The position numbers and the translations under genes were made by a program. From Methanosarcinaceae archaeon (GTDB lineage: Archaea; Halobacteriota; Methanosarcinia; Methanosarcinales; Methanosarcinaceae), in assembly GCA_030627005.1 (NCBI GenBank), contig DAOUSW010000005.1, forward strand, positions 3,470 through 67,469: a stretch of DNA of 64,000 nt, in the 5' to 3' direction. A model generated the notes under the pieces. The model was not told where the DNA came from, did not search any database, and was given only the letters and a program-made list of their open reading frames with translations. Every line of letters begins with the position of its first letter. The first letter of the stretch is position 1. Below, piece after piece: positions 31,243 to 40,405 of the stretch.

Positions 31243-31614
31243 ATGGGAATAGCTGAAGAAACGCAAGTTCCAAGGCACAGGACTTTTGTGGCGTCAACGG
31301 AAATAAAAGGATCTAAGATCCTTACTGTTAAAGATGAAGAACTCGGAACGATTAAAGAAGTCATGATTGACTCTGAATGGGGAAGAATCGCATACGTAGT
31401 ATTTGCTTGTGATTGTTTTCTTGGTATGAAGTGTAAATTCTTTGCCATTCCTTGGGGAGCTCTTGAAGCAAATCTAGGAGAGTATATCCTTAAAGTTGAT
31501 AAGGGAGCATTCAAAACGGCAGAAGGCCTGGATGAAAATGTGTGGACTTTAAATCGTAACGATTTGGTTAAAGTGTATGAACAGTATAATGTTCCTCCTT
31601 ACTGGGAAGTTTAA
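31243..31614 (+). CDS. PRC-barrel domain protein
   Basis: GAGGTG then ATG; IKGSKI...LGTIKEVMID...GRIAYVV...FFAIPW. Confidence 0.88.
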   Translation: MGIAEETQVPRHRTFVASTEIKGSKILTVKDEELGTIKEVMIDSEWGRIAYVVFACDCFLGMKCKFFAIPWGALEANLGEYILKVDKGAFKTAEGLDENVWTLNRNDLVKVYEQYNVPPYWEV

Positions 31615-31841
31615 AAGCTCATTTTCGGGTGATGATTTAGCCATATATGGGAACCATAGGACGTTGTTTAAGAATGTAATAATTAGTACAGCATTTGATG
31701 TACACACTGATCGACAGAGTATATGACTGATGATTTACAGGTAGACTTTGCAAAAATACTACTGGTATATATTACTCAGAATAATATAACCGCTAGTATT
31801 TTATACTTTAACTTACATATTATATATTGTTCACAAGGAAC

Positions 31842-32440
31842 TAAGCTGTAAAATGAAGCAAATTCAGGACAGAGTAAAACCTGATCCCGCAATAAACTTC
31901 ATTGACGCGTAAGCTGTAAAATGAGGCAAATTCAGGACAGAAAAATCTGATCCCGTATAATACTTCATTGGCGCGTAGCTATAAGGTGGAGCAAATTCAG
32001 GACGGCTTGAAAACCGATCCCGTAATCTACTTCATTTATGGCGTAAACTGCGAAATGAAGCAAATTCAGGGCAGTCTGATATCTGATCCCGTAATCTACT
32101 TCATTTATGGTGTAAACTGCGAAATGAAGCAAATTCAGGACAGGGTAAAAGCTGATCCCGTAATCTACTTCATTGACGTGTAAGCTTAAAATGGAGCAAA
32201 TTCAGGACAGAATAATCTGATCCCTCAATAAACTTCATTGGCGCGTAGCTATAAGGTGGAGCAAATTCAGGACGGCTTGAAAACCGATCCCGTAATATAC
32301 TTCATTTATGGCGTAAACTGCGAAATGAAGCAAATTCAGGACAGTCTAAAATCTGATCCCGTAATATACTTCATTGACATGTAAGCTTAAAATGGAGCAA
32401 ATTCAGGACAGAAAAATCTGATCCCTCAATAAACTTCATT
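31842..32440 (+). repeat. Array of 9 structured units, period 65-69 bp
   Basis: Consensus RTGRAGCAAATTCAGGAC-N8/10-CYGATCCCG-N6-ACTTCATT-N15-18; unit starts 31853, 31921, 31986, 32055, 32124, 32191, 32256, 32325, 32392. Confidence 0.95.
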
Positions 32441-33045
32441 GATGCAGACCAAACCTTGTGAACCCCTTATTCACTCTTTTAATCAAAGTTAAAGCGTCTA
32501 GATGTTGTTTCCTCTTCTTTTACTGTTTTTCTCAGCTTTTTGTTTTAGATATTTAACAAGCAACGTAATTATACTGTTTTGAGCCAAAATGAGCAGAATT
32601 CCTGTCTACAGACACTTCCACGTAGTATGAAAAATGTTTTCACTTTAGAAGGTGAAAATTAGTGAAATACCGGGATTGTCTGAATACATATTTACGTTCA
32701 CAATCCCAATCATCCCCGGTTAATTTTCAATGGTACACTATTTTCGAGATGCTTTTTTTGTTTGCGGCTCTAATACAGACCTATATGCTTTTATACAGTT
32801 TTAATTTCTTGTTAAATTACTGAAAGGCACGAGTAGACAATTATTTAATCAACTGACATCTTAAAAGTACTTCAAAATTGATAATGTTCGAATACAGATT
32901 TATATGAGGCTCTGGCGGCTTGAATACAAATGTATAATATTCAATTTAAATTTGACCGATTTGCGGTTTAAGTGAACTATATTCATATATATCTAAACAG
33001 TATAAATTTATACAGTGTTTTCATGAATGGGGTTGATAAGGAATT

Positions 33046-34533
33046 ATGAAACTTCTATATGATACAAATATTTTAATTCACATTCAAGATCCAAAAGAGC
33101 TTTCTCCCAATCTTCAAGCATTGTTAACAATAATCCGAGAACATGGTCATCAGGAGTTTATCCATCCTGCTTCTTTGAAGGATATCGAAAATGATAATGA
33201 TACTGAAAGAAGGAGAATAACTTTATCAAAGCTTCGTGGTTATCCTCTGCTTCCTTCACCGCCTACTCCAGATGATGAGTTTACATCTTTAGTAGGTATT
33301 CCCGTAAATTCACATGATGAAAATGACAACGAAATTCTTTTTTCACTTAAAAAAAATCTTGTAGATTTCCTCATAACAGAAGATAAAGGAATCGGAAAAA
33401 AAGCCAATTTACTGAATCTTGATGATAGAGTGCTTTCAATTGATTCAGCTCTCAATTATTTTACGGCCTTATATCAACGTTTTTTCCCTAATCATAGTTT
33501 ATTGAGGAAATGCTATGCTCATGAAATTGATATTAATCAACCGTTTTTTGACTCACTTAAATCAGATTATGGAGATGCGGATTTTAAAAAATGGTATGAT
33601 AAATGTATCAAAGAAAGTCGTGAATGTTACACTTATGAAGAGAATGACAAAGTTAAAGCTTTTCTCATGCTAAAAGAAGAAAATGAAGTTATTGAAACAC
33701 ATTATCCCATTCCTGCCACAAAAAGAGTTAAAATTGCAACACTAAAGGCCGATTTATCAGGTTCTAAAATGGGCGAACTCTTCCTCAAAATAGCTTTTCA
33801 GTATTGCATAAATAATCAGATTTTTGAAATTTACTTAACTCATTTTGAAACTGAAGATGACACCTTATCTTATCTCATTGAGAACTTTGGTTTTGAAAGA
33901 GTAGGAGAGCTGGCAAAGAATGATGAACCGGTATATCTAAAGAAACTTATCCCGGAAACTACTGAATTACGGCCATTAGAAATTGCTAGAAAATCCTATC
34001 CTTGCTTTAAAGATAGTGAAAGTGTTAACAAATTTGTGATCCCAATTCTTCCCGAATTTCACGATATTCTATTTCCTGAATACAAAAGAAGGCAAATGAA
34101 ATTGACAGATTATTTTGAAATCAATATTCCTGGCAATGCAATAAAAAAGGCATATCTTTCATCACGATTTTCTTCCAGATTGGGACTCGGAGACATAATT
34201 CTTTTTTATCGTTCACATGATCAAAAAGCGATAACTTCTCTCGGAATAATTGATCAGGAACCAATACGAACCAGTAATTTAGATGAACTTAAAAGAATAG
34301 TAGGTAAAAGAAGTGTATATTCTGAAGAAGAACTTAAAAAATGGGCAGAAAAATCAGTTTTTGTTATCCGTTTCAAGCATCACTTATACTTACCAAATCC
34401 TCTGAATCTGAGTTATCTCATAGAAAATGATATTTTGAAAAGTGCCCCACAATCGATAACTGAAATAAACCATGAACAATATCTATCTCTAAAAACTGGT
34501 GGCAAACTCGATGAACGTTTTACTGTCAATTAA
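33046..34533 (+). CDS. PIN + GNAT + EVE/PUA-like fusion protein
   Basis: LYDTNILI...HDENDNEIL...LITED (PIN); KIATLK...GELFLK...FGF (GNAT); GNAIKKAYL...GDIILFYRS...APQSITEI (EVE/PUA-like). Confidence 0.8.
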   Translation: MKLLYDTNILIHIQDPKELSPNLQALLTIIREHGHQEFIHPASLKDIENDNDTERRRITLSKLRGYPLLPSPPTPDDEFTSLVGIPVNSHDENDNEILFSLKKNLVDFLITEDKGIGKKANLLNLDDRVLSIDSALNYFTALYQRFFPNHSLLRKCYAHEIDINQPFFDSLKSDYGDADFKKWYDKCIKESRECYTYEENDKVKAFLMLKEENEVIETHYPIPATKRVKIATLKADLSGSKMGELFLKIAFQYCINNQIFEIYLTHFETEDDTLSYLIENFGFERVGELAKNDEPVYLKKLIPETTELRPLEIARKSYPCFKDSESVNKFVIPILPEFHDILFPEYKRRQMKLTDYFEINIPGNAIKKAYLSSRFSSRLGLGDIILFYRSHDQKAITSLGIIDQEPIRTSNLDELKRIVGKRSVYSEEELKKWAEKSVFVIRFKHHLYLPNPLNLSYLIENDILKSAPQSITEINHEQYLSLKTGGKLDERFTVN

Positions 34534-36526
34534 ACCAAAGTATGTTGATGAAATTCTAGCTGGTAAAAAGATATTTGAGTTTAGAAAATCCATTTTCAAA
34601 AAAAAGGATATAGGCAAAGTATTCATTTATTCGAGTTCTCCTGTCAAAAAAATAGTTGCATCATTCGAGATTGCCAGAATCATTGCCGATTCTCCTCAAA
34701 AACTCTGGAATAAATGCCAGAAATATGGAGGAATCCCTGAAAATGACTTTTTTGAGTATTTCAAAAATTCAGATATTGGTTATGCAATAGAAATAACCAA
34801 TCTTAATGAGTTTTCTGAGCCAATTAATCCCTACAAATTAAAACAGGACTTTAGACCACCACAATCTTACTGTTATTTACCTTTGGATTATTTTGAAAAT
34901 ATAAACATCAACAGTATTCCAAGAATAAAAAAACAGGATATGGTGCTGTTGGAATCAGGTAATGAATATTTCTCCAATTCAGATACCAATAAAAACTCCA
35001 GCAAAAAACATACACAAACTAAACTTTCCAATGAAGATGAATTTCAAAAGATGCCAGGACTGTCAGAAGGGTTGCTGAAAAATAACATGATTATGGAAGA
35101 GAGAGCTGGATGGATAGAAACTGAATTGGGTCAAGTAGCTGAAATTATAATGGGACAATCGCCACCATCTTCAACTTACAATGAATATGGTATTGGACTC
35201 CCTTTTTTTCAAGGAAAAGCAGAGTTTACTGAACTACACCCCCTTGTTTCAAAATGGTGTTCAGAGCCAAAGAAGATTGCTGAATCAAACGATATTCTAA
35301 TTTCGGTTAGAGCCCCAGTTGGAGCAACAAATATTGCTAACCAAAAGTGTTGCATTGGTAGAGGATTAGCAGCCATTCGTTACCCCGATTGCAACAAGTA
35401 TGTGTTCTACTTTTTGAGATTAATTGAAAAAGAATTGGATAAAAAAGGTACTGGCACGACCTTTAAAGCGATTTCAGGTTCAGTTTTAAAGAGTGAAGGA
35501 ATCCCTTTAGCTCCTCTTCCCGAACAACGCGCCATAGTCTCCAAAATCGAGCAGCTCTTCAGCGAACTGGACAACGGCATTGCCAACCTCAAACTGGCAC
35601 AGGAACAGCTCAAGGTGTATCGGCAGGCGGTGCTGAAGAAGGCGTTTGAAGGGGAGCTTACGAAAAAATGGCGGGAGCAGCAGACTGATCTGCCGGATGC
35701 GGGGGATTTGCTGGAACAGATTAGGAAGGAAAGAGAAGAAGCTGTAAAAGCCTCCGGCAAAAAACTGCAAAAAACTAAGCCTTTTACTGAAGTGGAATTG
35801 ACAGAGTTACCGAGACTACCCGAAGGATGGGGATGGGAAAGATTGGAGGGAGTCGGATATTGGACAGGAGGTGGAACTCCTTCAAAACAAAACCATTCTT
35901 ATTGGAATAATGGTGATGTTCTTTGGGTTTCTCCAAAAGATATGAAAACTACGTTGATTTTAGATACCGGAGATAAAATAACCAAAGATTCAATTGAGAA
36001 TTCTTCCGCAAAATGGATAGCTAAAGATTCAATACTTTTTGTTGTTAGAAGTGGAATCATTAGAAGAATTTTGCCGATCGCATTAGCAGGGAAAAACCTC
36101 ACAACAAACCAAGATTTACAATCATTGACTTTATTTTGGGGAGATAAAGATTATGTATTCTGGTATTGCCAGGCTAATGAGCAAGTCATTAGGGAAAAAT
36201 GCGCTAAAGATGGTACAACTGTAGACAACATTGAAGTTCCACGTTTGAAATCATACCCGATAGCAATTTGTTCCCTCCCTGAACAACAAGCCATCGTTCA
36301 GGAAATCGAAACCCGCCTTTCAGTCTGCGACAAGATAGAGCAGGATATAAAAGAGAATCTGGAAAAAGCCGAAGCACTTCGGCAGAGTATTTTGAAAAAA
36401 GCGTTTGAGGGGAAGTTGCTTAATGAAAGGGAGCTGGCAGAGGTTCGAGGGGCAGAGGATTGGGAGCCGGCTGAGGTTTTGCTGGAGAGGGTGAAGGCTG
36501 AGAGAGCAGGGAATGGGAAGACGTGA
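34511..36526 (+). CDS. hsdS: ASCH domain fused to type I RM specificity subunit S
   Basis: MNVLLSIKP..GKKIFEFRK...PPQSYCY (ASCH), ~60 aa linker, then two TRDs with conserved PLPEQRAIV...LKKAFEG and PEQQAIV...LKKAFEG; single open frame. Confidence 0.88.
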   Translation: MNVLLSIKPKYVDEILAGKKIFEFRKSIFKKKDIGKVFIYSSSPVKKIVASFEIARIIADSPQKLWNKCQKYGGIPENDFFEYFKNSDIGYAIEITNLNEFSEPINPYKLKQDFRPPQSYCYLPLDYFENININSIPRIKKQDMVLLESGNEYFSNSDTNKNSSKKHTQTKLSNEDEFQKMPGLSEGLLKNNMIMEERAGWIETELGQVAEIIMGQSPPSSTYNEYGIGLPFFQGKAEFTELHPLVSKWCSEPKKIAESNDILISVRAPVGATNIANQKCCIGRGLAAIRYPDCNKYVFYFLRLIEKELDKKGTGTTFKAISGSVLKSEGIPLAPLPEQRAIVSKIEQLFSELDNGIANLKLAQEQLKVYRQAVLKKAFEGELTKKWREQQTDLPDAGDLLEQIRKEREEAVKASGKKLQKTKPFTEVELTELPRLPEGWGWERLEGVGYWTGGGTPSKQNHSYWNNGDVLWVSPKDMKTTLILDTGDKITKDSIENSSAKWIAKDSILFVVRSGIIRRILPIALAGKNLTTNQDLQSLTLFWGDKDYVFWYCQANEQVIREKCAKDGTTVDNIEVPRLKSYPIAICSLPEQQAIVQEIETRLSVCDKIEQDIKENLEKAEALRQSILKKAFEGKLLNERELAEVRGAEDWEPAEVLLERVKAERAGNGKT

Positions 36527-36555
36527 GAAGGCTCGGTGATTACTACGGGAGCGCG

Positions 36556-36802
36556 GAGGGTCACGAATACCCCGACTTTCAAGTTGGGGATGAAGTGAAC
36601 CCTCGCACGTTTTTTTGTGCCCCTTTAGATTGAAATCCCTTACTCCTTTGTAATTTGAGGTTTCTCGGTATCATGATTACAGGAGTTCGAATTGCTACTC
36701 TAATATTAAAGAAACTTTGTCAAACGATACTAAACACTTCCCAAGAAACCGGGCGGGCGGCCCGAAGCATACCCCACCTTTTAAGGTGGGGTGGCCGCCC
36801 GC
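36556..36802. mobile_element. Pair of related compound hairpins, possible IS200/IS605-type end remnants
   Basis: CCCCGACTT-TC-AAGTTGGGG (36570-36589) and ACCCCACCTT-TT-AAGGTGGGGT (36771-36792), each inside an outer GC stem. Confidence 0.4.
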
Positions 36803-36926
36803 AATTTGATTTGTTTATATGATCACTCCTATTGCTGATGAGAAAACTGAGGGTGCAATTGAGGGCGTAAAAACATAAACCACAGGATCAAAGGATATCA
36901 TCGGCTGGTTAAATGATACTGTTAAT

Positions 36927-37088
36927 TACCCCCCAAGCTACCCCCCAAGCTACCCCCCAAGCTACCCCCCCAAGCTACCCCGCAGGCTACCGCGCAAGTT
37001 ACCCCGCAAGTTACCCCGCAGCCACCCAGCAGGCTACCGCGCAAGCTACCGCGCAAGCTACCGCGCAAGCTACCGCGCAAGTTACCGA
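36927..37088 (+). repeat. 12 bp tandem repeat (CCCCAAGCTACC / GCGCAAGCTACC), PQAT/PQVT-coding
   Basis: Direct reading; about 13 degenerate units. Confidence 0.85.
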
Positions 37089-37170
37089 GTAAGCTGGCAA
37101 TAGATGTTGAAAATCAAGTTTCGTAAAGAAGAAATACAAAAATATTACTCTCATCTCAAGGATCCAAACC

Positions 37171-38703
37171 ATGTCTGAAAATACCTCATCCATCGTTTCC
37201 AAAGTCTGGAGCTTCTGCAACGTCCTGAGGGACGGGGGCGTGAGCTACGGTGATTATCTGGAACAGTTGACCTATCTCATTTTCCTGAAAATGGCTCAGG
37301 AGTACAGGAAGGAGCCATATAACAGGGATATTGGTATCCCGGAGGAATATACCTGGGACAGGCTGAAACAGCAGCGTGGAGCGGAGCTCGATACTCATTA
37401 CAAGGGGCTCTTGGAAGAGCTGGGGAAAAAGCCGGGAATGCTGGGGCAGATCTTCCTCAAGGCCCAGAACAAGATAAGCGACCCTGCAATGCTGTACAAG
37501 GTCATTGATATGGTCGATAAGGAAAGCTGGGTCATGATGGGTGTGGATACCAAGGGAGAAATCTACGAAGGGCTCCTGCAGAAGAACGCAGAAGATACAA
37601 AAAGCGGAGCCGGACAGTACTTCACCCCGAGGCCTCTTATCAAGGTCATGGTCCGGTGCCTGCAGCCCGAACCCCTGAAGACCATAGGTGACCCCTGCTG
37701 CGGTACAGGCGGGTTCTTTTTAGCAGCTTATGACTTCCTTACCTCACAGCACAGGCTGGACCGGGAACAGAGCCGCTTTTTGAAAAACAAAACCTTTGGA
37801 GGGAATGAGATCGTCGCAGGGACCAGACGGCTTGCCCTTATGAACATGTTCCTGCACAACATCGGGGAAATCGACGGGGAGCCCATGATCTCCAATTCCG
37901 ACGCTCTTATAGCCGATCCCGGCTACCGTTACGATTACATCCTCACCAACCCGCCCTTCGGAAAGAATAGCAGCATGACCTTCACCAACGAAGAAGGCGA
38001 GCAGGAAAAAGAAGAGCTCACCTACAACCGTCAGGACTTCTGGACAACCACGAGCAACAAGCAGCTCAACTTTGTGCAGCATATCCACACCATCCTAAAA
38101 ACCGGCGGGCAGGCAGCAGTAGTACTGCCGGACAATGTGTTGTTTGAAGGCGGAGCAGGGGAGACCGTGCGCAAAAAGCTTCTTGAGACCACCGACCTGC
38201 ACACAATCCTGCGCCTGCCGACAGGCATCTTCTATGCGAATGGGGTAAAGGCAAACGTGCTTTTCTTTGAGGCAAAACCCGCAGCCAAAGAGCCCTGGAC
38301 AAAAGAAGTGTGGATCTACGACTACCGCACAAATGTGCACCACACCCTCAAAAAGAATCCGATGAAGTATTCGGACCTGGAAGACTTTGTCAAATGCTAT
38401 AACCCCGAAAACCGTTTCAGCCGTACTGAGACCTGGAGCGAAGAAGCTCCCGAAGGCAGGTTCCGGAAATTCGGCTATGAGGAAATTGTAGCAAGGGATA
38501 AAACGAACCTGGATATCTTCTGGCTCAAGGACAAAAGCCTTGCTGACCTGGACAACCTTCCGGACCCAGATATTCTTGCAAACGAGATCATCGAGAATAT
38601 GGAGGCTTCGCTGGCAAGTTTCAAGGAGATTATGCTCACAATTAATGGAAACGGGGGAGACAACGGAAGCGGGGGAGACAATGGAAACGGGTACGGGAAT
38701 TGA
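37171..38703 (+). CDS. hsdM: Type I RM N6-adenine methyltransferase subunit M
   Basis: GAGQYFTPR, DPCCGTGGF, LTNPPFG, VVLPDNVLF. Confidence 0.95.
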   Translation: MSENTSSIVSKVWSFCNVLRDGGVSYGDYLEQLTYLIFLKMAQEYRKEPYNRDIGIPEEYTWDRLKQQRGAELDTHYKGLLEELGKKPGMLGQIFLKAQNKISDPAMLYKVIDMVDKESWVMMGVDTKGEIYEGLLQKNAEDTKSGAGQYFTPRPLIKVMVRCLQPEPLKTIGDPCCGTGGFFLAAYDFLTSQHRLDREQSRFLKNKTFGGNEIVAGTRRLALMNMFLHNIGEIDGEPMISNSDALIADPGYRYDYILTNPPFGKNSSMTFTNEEGEQEKEELTYNRQDFWTTTSNKQLNFVQHIHTILKTGGQAAVVLPDNVLFEGGAGETVRKKLLETTDLHTILRLPTGIFYANGVKANVLFFEAKPAAKEPWTKEVWIYDYRTNVHHTLKKNPMKYSDLEDFVKCYNPENRFSRTETWSEEAPEGRFRKFGYEEIVARDKTNLDIFWLKDKSLADLDNLPDPDILANEIIENMEASLASFKEIMLTINGNGGDNGSGGDNGNGYGN

Positions 38704-38748
38704 AACTACTGCCCGCTCTAATTTTGTCTCCCGGTTGAGAACCGGACT

Positions 38749-39420
38749 TTACCCGGTCTCTTCCGGTACCTGTCGGGCGCGCCCGAAAACTATCCCCATC
38801 AGCAGGAACACAAAGGGGGAGACCCCGGCGTAGCCCAGGATTCCGATATTTCGGACATTCATGTTTGCAAGCGGTACCCCGATTAACCCCGCAAGACTCA
38901 GTAAGCCGCTGGCAACCATAAGAATCCGAACAGTTTTCTCCAGCCTTCCTCTCCTGAATACAGGTGCGGCAAAGAGCATTGAGAGGGCAAAGAAAAAGTC
39001 CCATGCGAGTATGTCCATTGTATATGCTACGGACGGCCAGCTGAAGGAAAAGAATAGTGAAGCCAACGGCAATCCCGCAGCCTCGATCTGACGGCTTACA
39101 GTAAGGATAACGAAGTGGACACTACAGGTAATGCTTGCCATAAGGACCATAAATGCAAGTGCAGTATGGCTGTACATTCTGGTCTCGGGAGAGGCATAAG
39201 CGTGAACTGCGACCATAACAATGACCATCAAGGGCGCCATCACAACGATGAGCAGTTCCAGTATGGTGAAGAAAGGGTCCCCGATCGGGTCTTCGGGCGA
39301 CTTGAGTGAGAGGAATCCAAGAACCAGCGTAAGCAGATATGCTATCAGGAGGAAAAACACGGCCAGGGCTGCAGCTCTTCCCAGGCTGCGGTGTTGTCTG
39401 GTGAAGCCTTCATGTTCCAT
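38749..39420 (-). CDS. Hypothetical multi-pass membrane protein
   Basis: About six hydrophobic segments. Confidence 0.7.
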   Translation of the reverse strand: MEHEGFTRQHRSLGRAAALAVFFLLIAYLLTLVLGFLSLKSPEDPIGDPFFTILELLIVVMAPLMVIVMVAVHAYASPETRMYSHTALAFMVLMASITCSVHFVILTVSRQIEAAGLPLASLFFSFSWPSVAYTMDILAWDFFFALSMLFAAPVFRRGRLEKTVRILMVASGLLSLAGLIGVPLANMNVRNIGILGYAGVSPFVFLLMGIVFGRARQVPEETG

Positions 39421-39449
39421 CGTTCAACTCCTTTCGTCGCGGTGTTACT

Positions 39450-40223
39450 TTACGTGACATCTTGAAACAATATGCAGCGCATGGAAACCGACGCATAAAC
39501 TATTTCTTCGCAAAAAAAGCTGGCAGTCTCGTTTTTGTCTGTTGCGCCAAGGGCGTAGATTAGAGGGATATAATGTTCGGCGGAATTGACAGATAATATT
39601 GCGTCTTCCCCGAGTGATTCGTAATTGACCAGCTTCAGGTCGTCCCTGGCTGTAACATATTTTTTCACTTTTTCATCAAAATTGATTGCCCATTTATATG
39701 GAGTTTCGGACATTCTTGCCAGCATGAGGTTATGCACGACGTTTCCGGTGCAAAAAATCAGGATTCCCTCTTCTCTTAATTTGTAGAGTTTCCTTGCCAG
39801 TTCATAGTGCTGCTGCATGCTGAGTTTTCGATTTATGCTGAGTTCGACTACCGGGATGTCAGCATCAGGATACATCCTTGAAAGTACACACCAAACTCCG
39901 TGGTCAATGCTCCATTTGCCATCAAAATTAACTTCTTTAACCAGGTCTTTTACTTTTGTAACAAGTTCCTTTGAACCGGGACACTCGTATTTCTGGTCAT
40001 ATAATTCCTGTGGGAATCCATAAAAATCGTGGATTGTTTTAAGCTTCTCGCTTGAAGTAACACTGGTATCCTCTCTCTCATAGTGTGCGGATATGGCCAG
40101 TATTGCTTCAGGTTTTGGAATTTTTTTGGAAATATTTCTCCAGCCTCTTGTAAACTCATTGTCCTCTATGGCATTCATGGGGGAACCATGGCCTATGAAC
40201 AGAACTGGCATAATTTTTTCCAT
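39450..40223 (-). CDS. 4,5-DOPA-type extradiol dioxygenase (YgiD/LigB-like)
   Basis: PVLFIGHGSPMN, ISAHY, TIHDFYGFP, DHGVW, GNVVHNL, EHYIPL. Confidence 0.9.
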   Translation of the reverse strand: MEKIMPVLFIGHGSPMNAIEDNEFTRGWRNISKKIPKPEAILAISAHYEREDTSVTSSEKLKTIHDFYGFPQELYDQKYECPGSKELVTKVKDLVKEVNFDGKWSIDHGVWCVLSRMYPDADIPVVELSINRKLSMQQHYELARKLYKLREEGILIFCTGNVVHNLMLARMSETPYKWAINFDEKVKKYVTARDDLKLVNYESLGEDAILSVNSAEHYIPLIYALGATDKNETASFFCEEIVYASVSMRCILFQDVT

Positions 40224-40405
40224 ACTTTTGACCCCGTTGTCCATTCTGTTTTCAGTATCCTCTTCTCCCATATCTCAAAATAATTAAGCACATGAGTATA
40301 TTATGTATCATAACCTATAAATCTCATAACCCTGTCAGAACACGTAATGGTTGCAATCATTTCAAAGCAGTTCGTTAAAAATATGGGTAAGTGGGAAGTG
40401 TTGAC

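Noticed and set aside
30817-31278. 153 aa minus-strand ORF between hsdR and the PRC-barrel gene
   Set aside because: Runs through repeat DNA and overlaps both neighbours; at most a gene remnant
31842-32440. CRISPR array or TIGR array
   Set aside because: Variable parts are only 6-18 bp and recur between units; no cas gene or Nop-domain gene in the window
32800-32900. Possible IS end (GGCACGAGTAGAC...) and a similar candidate near 45375
   Set aside because: No partner inverted repeat or transposase found by eye
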